A DNA stretch of 36,245 bases from Syntrophobacterales bacterium (GTDB taxonomy: Bacteria > Desulfobacterota > Syntrophorhabdia > Syntrophorhabdales > WCHB1-27). Made by a program: the position numbers and the translations under genes. Where the stretch lies: positions 1 to 36,245 of the forward strand of contig JADGQN010000002.1 of the NCBI GenBank assembly GCA_017881765.1, written 5' to 3'. How positions within the stretch are numbered: the first letter of the stretch is position 1; every line of letters starts with the position of its first letter. The notes under the pieces were generated by a model. That model searched no databases. It saw only the letters and a program-made list of their open reading frames with translations, and was not told the DNA's origin. Shown piece after piece: positions 16,801 through 25,550 of the stretch.

Positions 16801-16961
16801 TACAGGGTTCGAGGGTCCAAGGGGTCAAGGGGTCAAGGGAATAGCAAGGGCCCACCCCTAGGGCTATAAGATGGACTGGGAACCTGTTAAGCTGTCGCCT
16901 CTGCGCATTCCTTGCCTCCTGTACCCTCGAACCCTCGACACCTGGACCCCTGAACCCTGTA
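16801..16961. repeat. inverted-repeat element B, related to element A
   Basis: The left arm is TACAGGGTTCGAGGGTCCAAGGGGTCAAGGGGTCAAGGG (16801-16839; AAGGGGTC in two tandem copies at 16819-16834). The right arm is GTACCCTCGAACCCTCGACACCTGGACCCCTGAACCCTGTA (16921-16961). The outer 10 nt are perfectly complementary. The right arm shares GTACCCTCGAACCC and CCCCTGAACCCT with element A. Confidence 0.9.
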
Positions 16962-16975
16962 TTTATAGTTATTTG

Positions 16976-17004
16976 TTGACTTTTCAGCCACATTTGCATA
17001 AGAT
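16976..17004 (+). promoter_or_regulatory. candidate sigma70-type promoter for the rplU operon
   Basis: TTGACT (16976-16981) is followed by a 17 nt spacer and TAAGAT (16999-17004). It lies 43 nt upstream of the rplU ATG, immediately after element B. Confidence 0.45.
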
Positions 17005-17046
17005 AATGCTCTCAAAAATCTTATAGAAAACGGCGAGGAGAACCGC

Positions 17047-17382
17047 ATGTACGCTATCATAGAGAGCGGTGGTAAGCAGTATACAATCAAGCAGGGTGAC
17101 AAGATACGGGTGGAGAAGCTGGAGGGCAACACAGGTGACGACGTAACCATCGGCACCGTCCTCGCCATCAATGATGGTGAACGCCTGGTCACGGGTAGCC
17201 CCTACGTTGCGGGAGCGTCCGTTGTCGGCAAAGTGCTGGCGCAGGAAAAGGCGGATAAAGTAATTGTTTTCAAGTATAAAAGGAGAAAAGACTCCAAAAA
17301 GAAAAAGGGGCACCGTCAATCGTACACGGAGCTCCTGGTCGAAAAGATAGAAATACAAGCGGGGGCAGACAATGGCTCATAA
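17047..17382 (+). CDS. rplU: 50S ribosomal protein L21
   Basis: 111 aa, starting [12 protein letters not shown]. Confidence 0.93.
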   Translation: MYAIIESGGKQYTIKQGDKIRVEKLEGNTGDDVTIGTVLAINDGERLVTGSPYVAGASVVGKVLAQEKADKVIVFKYKRRKDSKKKKGHRQSYTELLVEKIEIQAGADNGS

Positions 17383-17626
17383 GAAGGCTGGAGGCAGTTC
17401 GCGGAACGGTAGGGACAGTGCAGGCCAGCGGCTGGGTGTCAAGCTATTCGGCGGCCAGTTCGCAACGGCGGGCAGTATCATTGTGCGGCAGCACGGGACA
17501 AAGATTTATCCGGGAAGCAATGTGGGCATTGGACGAGACAACACGCTTTTCGCCTTGATTGACGGACACGTCACCTTTGAGGACCACGGGGCGAAAAAGA
17601 GGGTGAGTATCTACCCGGCTGAATGA
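17372..17626 (+). CDS. rpmA: 50S ribosomal protein L27
   Basis: 84 aa, starting [21 protein letters not shown]. Confidence 0.93.
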   Translation: MAHKKAGGSSRNGRDSAGQRLGVKLFGGQFATAGSIIVRQHGTKIYPGSNVGIGRDNTLFALIDGHVTFEDHGAKKRVSIYPAE

Positions 17627-18618
17627 AATTTGTCGACGAAGCCTCTCTCTATGCAAAAGCTGGTGATGGCGGGAGAGGCCATGTCAGTTTCAGAAGAGAA
17701 AAATATGTACCGAAGGGTGGGCCTGACGGTGGTGACGGAGGAAAGGGAGGAGACGTAATCATCGTTGGGAAGCGCAGCCTCGCCAGTCTCCTGGATTTCA
17801 GATACAAGCGCCATTATAAAGCAGAAAACGGCCGGCTCGGCGGCGGAAGAAACAAGACGGGGAGAAACGGCACGGATCTGTACATTTATGTGCCGCTGGG
17901 GACCATTGTCCGGGATGAACGAAGCCAGGACATCCTCGTTGACATTATTGAAGAAGAGCAGAGATGGGTTGTTGCCCATGGCGGCGCCGGCGGTCAGGGC
18001 AATGCCCGTTTCGTCAGTTCCGTTCATCGGGCGCCGCGCGAGTTTACCGAAGGTATCAGGGGTGAAGAAAGGTATCTTAGGCTCGAACTGAAACTCCTCG
18101 CAGAGATAGGCATCGTAGGACTGCCCAATTCGGGCAAGTCGACTTTGCTTTCCCGCCTTACCAATGCGAAGCCGGAAGTCGGCTCGTACCCTTTCACGAC
18201 ATTGAGCCCCGGCCTCGGGGTGTTCGGTGATGACGAGGAGCGAGTGGTCATTGCCGATATTCCGGGTATCATCAAGGGGGCGTCCGAGGGCAAGGGTCTG
18301 GGCCTCACCTTCCTGAAACACGTGGAACGGACGAATGTGTTGCTATGGGTTGTCGACGCATCTTCTTCTTCCGTGTCGGATGATTACCTGACTCTGCGCA
18401 ACGAGCTTGCTCTGCACAGTGAAAAGATGCTGCGCAAACAGAGGATCCTGGTGCTCAACAAAATAGACCTGCTTGCGGCTTCCGACCTTGCTCGTAAGGA
18501 GAAGGCGCTCAAGGCGCTTGAAGAGGAAGTGGTGAGCGTCAGTGCTTTGAATGGGCTGGGTATCGACGAACTCAAAGCTGTAGTTAGTAAGAGGAAGGGT
18601 GGCCAGCGCGTTGCTTGA
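17623..18618 (+). CDS. obg: GTPase Obg/CgtA
   Basis: 331 aa. Motifs are MKFVDEA, the glycine-rich Obg fold, G1 GLPNSGKST and G3 DIPG. It overlaps rpmA by 4 nt. Confidence 0.92.
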   Translation: MKFVDEASLYAKAGDGGRGHVSFRREKYVPKGGPDGGDGGKGGDVIIVGKRSLASLLDFRYKRHYKAENGRLGGGRNKTGRNGTDLYIYVPLGTIVRDERSQDILVDIIEEEQRWVVAHGGAGGQGNARFVSSVHRAPREFTEGIRGEERYLRLELKLLAEIGIVGLPNSGKSTLLSRLTNAKPEVGSYPFTTLSPGLGVFGDDEERVVIADIPGIIKGASEGKGLGLTFLKHVERTNVLLWVVDASSSSVSDDYLTLRNELALHSEKMLRKQRILVLNKIDLLAASDLARKEKALKALEEEVVSVSALNGLGIDELKAVVSKRKGGQRVA

Positions 18619-19717
18619 CGTCAAGAGGGTAATACTCAAGATCGGCACCTCCGTGCTCCTCGACAGCGAGGGCAAGGTGAGCGGCATCAAGGCAGAGGGC
18701 TTTTCGCGTCAGATCAAGGCGGTCAAGGATACGGGCATCGATGTGATTGTTGTCTCGAGCGGCGCCATTGCGTGCGGCATGGAGGCTATGGGGCTTTCGA
18801 AGAAGCCCAAACAGATAGCACGAAAACAGGCGCTTGCCTCAGTGGGGCAGGGCCTGCTCATGAAAATATACATGGATGCTTTTGCGCGCGTCGGATTGAA
18901 GGTCAGCCAGGTCCTCCTGACCCATGAGGATACAAAATCGCGGAGCAGGTGCCTCAACCTCCTGAACACCATAGATACCCTCCTTACCATGGACGTCGTG
19001 CCCATCATCAACGAGAACGATACCCTCTCCTTCCAGGAAATCATGTTCGGCGATAACGACAACCTTTCAGCCCTCATTGCGCAGATCACGAATGCTGATC
19101 TTCTCTTACTCCTTTCGGATGTTGACGGTCTGTACGACAAGGATCCAAACCGGTTCCCGGGGGCTCGCCTCATAAGCACCGTGAGGAAAATTGACGAGGG
19201 CGTTGAAAAGCTTGCCAACGGTACCCGGAGCGAGAAGAGTGTAGGCGGTATGGTGAGCAAACTGGAGGCTGCCAAGAAGGCGGGGCACTACGGCATCCCT
19301 ACGCGTCTGATAAGGGGTGATGCGAAGGACGTGGTGCTGAGGGTGCTGAGGGGCGAGGAGGTCGGGACACTTTTTCTCGCCAAAAAAAAGCGGCTTGCCA
19401 GGAAGAAATGCTGGATTGCTTTCGCTTTCAAGACGAAAGGAAAGCTCTGGGTCGATGAGGGAGCGGAGAGAGCAATTACGAGCAGAGGGGGAAGCTTGCT
19501 GCCCTCGGGCATCACCGGGGTTGAAGGGGATTTTGCACGGGGAGAGTGCGTAGAAATCAGCAACAACTCAGGGAAGGTTGTCGGGCGCGGAATCGCCAAT
19601 TATTCCTCATCGGACGTGTCTCAGATCAAGGGCTCGAAAAGCGTTGAGATAGAAAAGAAGCTTGGCTATAAGTATACTGAAGAGGTGATCCACAGGGACA
19701 ACATGGTGGTATTATGA
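18599..19717 (+). CDS. proB: glutamate 5-kinase
   Basis: 372 aa with an amino-acid kinase domain (KIGTSVL...VSSGA) and a C-terminal PUA domain. The start could instead be the TTG at 18611. Confidence 0.9.
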   Translation: MASALLDVKRVILKIGTSVLLDSEGKVSGIKAEGFSRQIKAVKDTGIDVIVVSSGAIACGMEAMGLSKKPKQIARKQALASVGQGLLMKIYMDAFARVGLKVSQVLLTHEDTKSRSRCLNLLNTIDTLLTMDVVPIINENDTLSFQEIMFGDNDNLSALIAQITNADLLLLLSDVDGLYDKDPNRFPGARLISTVRKIDEGVEKLANGTRSEKSVGGMVSKLEAAKKAGHYGIPTRLIRGDAKDVVLRVLRGEEVGTLFLAKKKRLARKKCWIAFAFKTKGKLWVDEGAERAITSRGGSLLPSGITGVEGDFARGECVEISNNSGKVVGRGIANYSSSDVSQIKGSKSVEIEKKLGYKYTEEVIHRDNMVVL

Positions 19718-20958
19718 GGCCGGACGAACTGGCAAGGGCGGCGAAAGGAGCGGCGCAAGGTCTTGCTCACGAGTCTACCGAAAAGAAGAACCGTGTGCTC
19801 TCCGCCCTGGAGCGGTTGCTCATGGAGCGGAAAGCATCGCTGATCGCCGAGAACGAGAAGGATCTCCGTAAGGCCGAGGAAGAGCAGATGCCTTCCGCAC
19901 TGGTCGATCGCCTCCGGATCGATGATAAGGTGCTCAATGAAATGGTGGCGAGTCTCGGGGACGTCATCCGACTTGCCGACCCGGTCGGCGAGATCGTCAA
20001 GCTCTGGCACAGACCGAACGGTCTCCTTGTGGGCCGTATGAGAATCCCTATAGGTGTCATCTGTATCATCTACGAGTCACGTCCCAACGTCACCGTTGAC
20101 GCCTTTTCTCTTTGCTTCAAGAGCGGCAATGGAGCCATTTTGAAAGGAGGCAAGGAGGCTGCCCACTCGAATAAGGCGCTGTTTGGCCTTATCAGAGAGG
20201 CACTTGTCCAGGAAGGTATGCGCGCGGACGTGGTACAGCTTGTCGATACCGGTGATAGGGCTTATCTCTATGAACTTCTGAAGATGACCGATTTTGTCGA
20301 TCTCGTGATTCCAAGGGGAGGGGAGGCGCTTATCCGGAGCGTCGTGGAGCATTCGCGCGTGCCTGTCCTGAAGCATTACAAGGGGGTGTGCGCCATTTAT
20401 GTGGACGAATCCGCGGACACCACGCAGGCGCTCGATGTCTGTCTGAATGCGAAAGTGCAGAAACCGGCCACCTGTAACGCCGTGGAGACCCTTCTCGTGC
20501 ACCGCACGAAAGCACCGGAGTTTTTGCCCCGGATGGTGGAACTGCTGCGCCATAAAGGCGTGATCGTAAGGGGCTGCGAAAAGGTGCGGAGTCTCATTCC
20601 CGATGTCGAGCCGGCCTCGGAGCAGGACTGGCACGAAGAGTATCTTGATCTTATACTTTCCGTGAAGATTGTCGAGAATATGGACGAGGCGATCGGCCAC
20701 ATCGGGCGGTACGGGTCTGAGCATACCGACGCCATCATCACTACCGATTACAATAACGCCTGGCGTTTTCTGCGGGAAGTTAACTCGTCGCTTGTTCTTG
20801 TTAATGCATCGACCCGCCTGAATGACGGCTACCAGCTCGGCCTCGGGGCCGAAATGGGGATCAGCACTACGAAGTTGCATGCGTTTGGTCCTATGGGACT
20901 GGAGGAATTGACGGTAACGAAGTTCATAGCCTTTGGCGAGGGCCAGTTAAGAGCGTGA
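19714..20958 (+). CDS. proA: glutamate-5-semialdehyde dehydrogenase (gamma-glutamyl phosphate reductase)
   Basis: 414 aa aldehyde dehydrogenase fold with catalytic Cys in ATCNAVETLLVH. It overlaps proB by 4 nt. Confidence 0.92.
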   Translation: MRPDELARAAKGAAQGLAHESTEKKNRVLSALERLLMERKASLIAENEKDLRKAEEEQMPSALVDRLRIDDKVLNEMVASLGDVIRLADPVGEIVKLWHRPNGLLVGRMRIPIGVICIIYESRPNVTVDAFSLCFKSGNGAILKGGKEAAHSNKALFGLIREALVQEGMRADVVQLVDTGDRAYLYELLKMTDFVDLVIPRGGEALIRSVVEHSRVPVLKHYKGVCAIYVDESADTTQALDVCLNAKVQKPATCNAVETLLVHRTKAPEFLPRMVELLRHKGVIVRGCEKVRSLIPDVEPASEQDWHEEYLDLILSVKIVENMDEAIGHIGRYGSEHTDAIITTDYNNAWRFLREVNSSLVLVNASTRLNDGYQLGLGAEMGISTTKLHAFGPMGLEELTVTKFIAFGEGQLRA

Positions 20959-21593
20959 TGAGAGTGGGCCTGTTCGGTGGAAGTTTTGATCCGATCCACA
21001 ACGGACACCTGAGAGTGGCCGAGGAAGTGCGCGAACACTTCAGCCTGGAGAAGCTGCATTTCATTCCTGCTTTTGCCCAGCCGCTCAAGCAGCGCATAAG
21101 GGTCACGCCCGCCGAGGACAGACTGAAAATGGTCGAGATGGCGACCCGCGGCAACAAGTTTTTTCATGCCTCTCCGGTGGAAATAGAGAGGGGCGGGCTC
21201 TCCTATTCGATAGAGACGATAAAGACGTTCGCCGTGCAGCATGGCGAGGTCTACTTCTTGGTGGGTCTGGATGCGTTCTCCGAAATAGACCGGTGGAAGA
21301 ACTACAGGCAGATCTTTGATGCGGCACACCTGGTCGTTTTAGTGAGACCCACTCATTCGAAGGTGCATCCCGCGGGCCTGTTCCCACCGGACGTGAGACC
21401 GGATGTGAAAAAGATTGATGATACTGTTTACGAACACCGCTCGGGAAAGAGGATTTTTTTTCATCGGGTGACACAGCTTGACATCTCGTCAACGACGATC
21501 CGGCAGCTTGCTCGTCGGGGGGCATCGATCAAGTATTTAGTCCCCTATGTCGTCGAACGTTTTATAAAAAGAGGAGGTCTATACACGGAATAA
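20958..21593 (+). CDS. nadD: nicotinate-nucleotide adenylyltransferase
   Basis: Motifs are GLFGGSFDPIHNGH (the HxGH motif) and ISST.IR. The ATG at 20958 overlaps the proA TGA (TGATG). The track ORF begins 3 nt earlier, at a GTG. Confidence 0.88.
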   Translation: MRVGLFGGSFDPIHNGHLRVAEEVREHFSLEKLHFIPAFAQPLKQRIRVTPAEDRLKMVEMATRGNKFFHASPVEIERGGLSYSIETIKTFAVQHGEVYFLVGLDAFSEIDRWKNYRQIFDAAHLVVLVRPTHSKVHPAGLFPPDVRPDVKKIDDTVYEHRSGKRIFFHRVTQLDISSTTIRQLARRGASIKYLVPYVVERFIKRGGLYTE

Positions 21594-21980
21594 ATGCGAT
21601 CGAGCGAAAAGGCACTTACCATAGGAAAACTGGCGGAGGAGAAGAAGGCTAAACAGGTGCTGTTACTGGATCTGGTGGGCCTGACCGACGTAGCCGAATT
21701 CTTCGTCCTGGCATCAGGTACGAGCGAGCGGCACGTGAAAACGGTGGCGGAGAGCGTGCAGAAAGAGATGAAGGAAAAAGGGATGGTGCCCTTTTCCGCC
21801 GAAGGTTATGACAAAGGGCGTTGGATCATCCTGGATTACGGGGACGTCGTGTTTCATGCCTTTCTCGAGCCTTTAAGAGAAATGTACGACCTGGAGAGTC
21901 TTTGGATAGAAGCTGCAAGATACAAAACTGACGAAGAAAATAAGATCTTAGAGGTGGATCATGCAAAAGGCGAAGCGTGA
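21594..21980 (+). CDS. rsfS: ribosome silencing factor RsfS
   Basis: 128 aa. Motifs are ADFFVLASGTSERHV, W.ILDYGDVVFH.F and YDLE.LW. Confidence 0.88.
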   Translation: MRSSEKALTIGKLAEEKKAKQVLLLDLVGLTDVAEFFVLASGTSERHVKTVAESVQKEMKEKGMVPFSAEGYDKGRWIILDYGDVVFHAFLEPLREMYDLESLWIEAARYKTDEENKILEVDHAKGEA

Positions 21981-22314
21981 GTTCTTCAAAAAGAAGCTAT
22001 TGAAGATGAGGGCGGCAATTCTCGACAAGGCAAAAAAATTGAAAGAGGACTCCTATGCTCTCGGTACGGATGGCATTCAGGACATGGCGGATGCCGCGAG
22101 CAATGCGTACAATGCGGACATACTGATGAGCCTGAGCGACAACGATCTTAACCTGCTCAAAGACATAGATTCTGCTTTGGATAAACTGGGGGGCGGAACT
22201 TACGGCGTATGTGAAGAGTGCGAAGAGCCTATTACCGAAAAGAGGCTCGACGCAAACCCGGTTGCGCGTTACTGCATCAACTGCCAGAGAGTGAGTGAGG
22301 AAAAGGGGACGTAA
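21961..22314 (+). CDS. DksA/TraR-family C4-type zinc-finger protein
   Basis: 117 aa: a coiled-coil N-terminal half followed by CEECEEPI...CINCQ. SD GAGGTGG is upstream. It overlaps rsfS by 20 nt. Confidence 0.75.
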   Translation: MQKAKREFFKKKLLKMRAAILDKAKKLKEDSYALGTDGIQDMADAASNAYNADILMSLSDNDLNLLKDIDSALDKLGGGTYGVCEECEEPITEKRLDANPVARYCINCQRVSEEKGT

Positions 22315-23672
22315 TGAAATATAAGATAGTGGCCCTGTTCTTTTGTATCTTCGTAATTCTGTACCTCTGTCTTTTGGGCCTCAATTCGGAAGACGCGAAA
22401 TTTTATGTAGGGGACGGGCGGTACTATACCACGTCGGTTGCCAATTTGGTGACCATCTCGTTTGTACTCGGTCTTTTGATTTCAATAATCTTCGGTTTCT
22501 TCTCCGATGCGGGCCGGGCCATAAGCTCATGGAGAGCCGGGAAACAAGCCCGCAGACGGGAAGAATTTAAGGAGGCTCTCGAACGGGCAAAGTCCTATGA
22601 GTTGAAAGGTGAGCGGGAGAAGGCCATCGACTATACGAATAAGCTCATCAGATCGGCGCCTGACCTGGAGGATGCGTACCTCCTCGCTGCCGACCTGCAT
22701 CTGGGCGCAAAAGAGTATGACAAAGCGCGTGAGATACTGAGACTTGCGGAAGCTAATCTGGGTAAGCGGGAGTCGGTCCTGTTCAAGATGGTGAGAGTCG
22801 ATCTGGCAACTAAAGACGTGACACGGGTCCAGAAGAATTTGAAAGATATCCTCAGCGTTAATGAATCTAACCTCAGGGCGATGGGTATCATGCGGGATCT
22901 GCACGTGTGCAACAAGGAGTGGGAGCAAGCCCTGGAGCTGGAAAAGAAACTGAGGAAGCACATAAAGACTGAAGATGAGACGAGGCGGTATCTCGGTATC
23001 AGGTACGAGAAGCTCAAAGAATCCCTCGAGAGGCAGGAGGGAAAGGGCTTCGAAGCTGTAGGAAAGGAGCTGCGCGATATCCTGGATGAGGACAAGGGAT
23101 TTATCCCGGCCTACATTCTCCTGGCTGAAGTATACAAGAAAACGGGCAAGCTCAATGATGCTGCAAGGGTTTACGGGCGGGGGTACTCTAAGACGGGGCA
23201 CATCATCTTTCTTCTGAAAATGGAAGATCTGTATATTGCCAGGGGGGAACCGGGCGTCATTCTGAAAATATATCGTAAAATCCTTGATACGGCGCCGGGG
23301 AATCGTTTCATAATGTTTCTATACGCGAAGCTCTGCCTCAGGTTGGAGATGATCGATGAGGCGATGGACATGCTGAATACGCTCTTAGCTTCCGAAAGTG
23401 AATTTTCGGGGCTGCACAGAGCCATGGCAGAGGCTTATATTCACCGGGGTGAGCTGGAGAGCGCCGTTGAAGAGTTCAGAAAAGCGTTCCCCATCGAGCG
23501 CGTCTACGTGCCCTTTTTCTGTTCGAAATGCCAGTCCATCAAGGAGGATTGGCAGGATTTCTGCGAGAGCTGTTTCACTTGGAATACCATAACCGTGAAG
23601 CAAGAGGGACTGTTTCAGGAAGAGGGCCCGGACTTCAGGGTGCTGTATGAACAAGACTGGGGGGAGCAATGA
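22314..23672 (+). CDS. LapB/YciM-like TPR protein with N-terminal LapA-like membrane segment and C-terminal rubredoxin-like zinc site
   Basis: 452 aa. It has two N-terminal TM helices, several TPR-like repeats, and a C-terminal CSKC...CESC motif as in LapB. Confidence 0.7.
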   Translation: MKYKIVALFFCIFVILYLCLLGLNSEDAKFYVGDGRYYTTSVANLVTISFVLGLLISIIFGFFSDAGRAISSWRAGKQARRREEFKEALERAKSYELKGEREKAIDYTNKLIRSAPDLEDAYLLAADLHLGAKEYDKAREILRLAEANLGKRESVLFKMVRVDLATKDVTRVQKNLKDILSVNESNLRAMGIMRDLHVCNKEWEQALELEKKLRKHIKTEDETRRYLGIRYEKLKESLERQEGKGFEAVGKELRDILDEDKGFIPAYILLAEVYKKTGKLNDAARVYGRGYSKTGHIIFLLKMEDLYIARGEPGVILKIYRKILDTAPGNRFIMFLYAKLCLRLEMIDEAMDMLNTLLASESEFSGLHRAMAEAYIHRGELESAVEEFRKAFPIERVYVPFFCSKCQSIKEDWQDFCESCFTWNTITVKQEGLFQEEGPDFRVLYEQDWGEQ

Positions 23673-24865
23673 TAGAGGATCTTATTCTGTCCAATCCTAA
23701 CAAGATTGTATTCCTTATTCTGGATGGTCTCGGGGATATTCCCAATCCTGATCACGGTTTCATGACACCCTTGGAGGCTGCCAGGAAACCGAATATCGAT
23801 TTGCTTGCCGCGGACAGGGGCGTTCTCGGAAGGATCATCCCCGTGGACATCGGCATTACGCCGGGCAGTGGTCCGGGGCACCTCTCCCTCTTCGGCTACG
23901 ACCCGCTCAAGGTCGAGATCGGCAGGGGCATACTGGAAGTGCTTGGTCTCAACATGGAGCTTGAAGAGAACGACCTCGCGGCACGGGGAAATTTCTGTAC
24001 TATGAAGGATGAGATTGTTACCGACCGCAGGGCCGGCAGGATCGCAACCGAAGAAACGGTGCGTTTGTGCCGCAGGATTCGAGAAGCTTTACCCGAGATA
24101 GACGGCGTGCGCATCATCATCGAGCCGGGTAAGTCACACCGCTTTGCCATCCTGTTTAGAGGCGATGGCCTGAATGACGATCTCGAAGACGCGGATCCGC
24201 ACAAAGACCATCGACCCTACGTTTACGTAAGACCCAAAACAGACGGGGCTGCGCGCACGGCCGGACTCCTCAACAACTTCATCAAGAAGGTCGCGGCTCT
24301 CCTCAAGGATGAACCCGTGGCTAATGGTATTCTGCTGCGAGGTTTTTCCAGGAAGCCTGACATCCAGTCGTTTCCGGCGAAATATAAGCTGGACGCCCTG
24401 GCAATTACAACCTACCCCATGTACAGGGGCATTGCAAAGGTGCTGGGGATGAAGGCAGGGAGCGAGCCTAAGAGCTACCAGGAGATGGTCGCGATCATGA
24501 AGGAGCAGTGGAACAACTACCAGTTTTTCTTTCTGCATGTTAAAGAAACGGATGTAGCGGGTGAAGACGGGAACTTTGAAGAGAAGGTGAAGGCAATAGA
24601 AAATGTAGACAAGATCATACCTGACCTGGTGGCGGCCAATCCTGACGTGCTCGTAGTGACGGGTGACCATTCCACCCCCTGTCCACTCAAGGGACACAGC
24701 TGGCATCCGGTGCCGTTGCTCCTGGTGACGGGTACGGGTGAAAGGGACAGCTTAACGTTTCACGAAAAGAATTGCGTAAGAGGAAGCATTGGTACGATTT
24801 ACAGTCGGGAACTGATGACCCTTGCGCTCGCGCACGCCTTGAAACTTGATAAATACGGTGCTTGA
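23669..24865 (+). CDS. apgM: 2,3-bisphosphoglycerate-independent phosphoglycerate mutase, archaeal/ApgM type
   Basis: 398 aa. Motifs are FLILDGLGD and VVTGDHSTPC...HS..PVP. It overlaps the previous gene by 4 nt. Confidence 0.85.
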   Translation: MIEDLILSNPNKIVFLILDGLGDIPNPDHGFMTPLEAARKPNIDLLAADRGVLGRIIPVDIGITPGSGPGHLSLFGYDPLKVEIGRGILEVLGLNMELEENDLAARGNFCTMKDEIVTDRRAGRIATEETVRLCRRIREALPEIDGVRIIIEPGKSHRFAILFRGDGLNDDLEDADPHKDHRPYVYVRPKTDGAARTAGLLNNFIKKVAALLKDEPVANGILLRGFSRKPDIQSFPAKYKLDALAITTYPMYRGIAKVLGMKAGSEPKSYQEMVAIMKEQWNNYQFFFLHVKETDVAGEDGNFEEKVKAIENVDKIIPDLVAANPDVLVVTGDHSTPCPLKGHSWHPVPLLLVTGTGERDSLTFHEKNCVRGSIGTIYSRELMTLALAHALKLDKYGA

Positions 24866-25550
24866 TCACTTCAGGTCGGCTGTTGAGATCATATATCCCC
24901 GATTGTGCGGGGGTTGCGGCTTCCCAGGCTCAACCCTCTGCGTCAACTGTCGGAATCTTTTTCGTCGTGTCGAGGCCGGTACGTCCTGCCCTTTCTGCGG
25001 TAGATGGGTGAGCACGCCCTCTGTTTGCGGGGCATGCATCGAGAGCCACCCTCCTTTTGAGCGCGGTTACTATGGCTTCTATTTTGAGGGTCCGCTACGT
25101 GAGGCGCTCCTTTCTTTCAAATTTAAGGGTCGTAAGGACGTTGGCCGTCTTCTCATCCGTCTGCTCGAAGATGAGCTAAAGGTTATGCGCGAGGAATTCG
25201 ACGTTATCGTGCCACTTCCCGTCACGGAGAAACGGCTGAAGGAGCGGGGATTCAATCAGTCTTACGTGATGGCGGAAGAGATCGGCGCGATCACTGCCAG
25301 ACCGATTGGCCCTTCTTCCCTCTACAAACAAAAAGAGACAAAGGATCAGTATACGCTCTCCAGGGAGGAAAGAAGGAAAAACGTCAGAGGTGTATTCGCC
25401 GTCCGCGGGGCAGAGGCAATAAGAGATAAACGCATCTTATTGGTGGATGATCTCATGACCACGGGCAACACGGTCAGGGAGGCATCGCGCATGCTTCTTT
25501 CCGGATCGGCGAAGGCAGTCGTTGTTTTCGCGCTGGCAAGGACACCATGA
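24846..25550 (+). CDS. comF: ComF-family protein (zinc ribbon plus phosphoribosyltransferase domain)
   Basis: 234 aa. It has N-terminal Cys pairs (CGGCG...CVNC, CPFCG...CGAC) and the PRTase motif ILLVDDLMTTGNT. The start could be TTG at 24846 or GTG at 24858. Confidence 0.8.
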   Translation: MINTVLDHFRSAVEIIYPRLCGGCGFPGSTLCVNCRNLFRRVEAGTSCPFCGRWVSTPSVCGACIESHPPFERGYYGFYFEGPLREALLSFKFKGRKDVGRLLIRLLEDELKVMREEFDVIVPLPVTEKRLKERGFNQSYVMAEEIGAITARPIGPSSLYKQKETKDQYTLSREERRKNVRGVFAVRGAEAIRDKRILLVDDLMTTGNTVREASRMLLSGSAKAVVVFALARTP

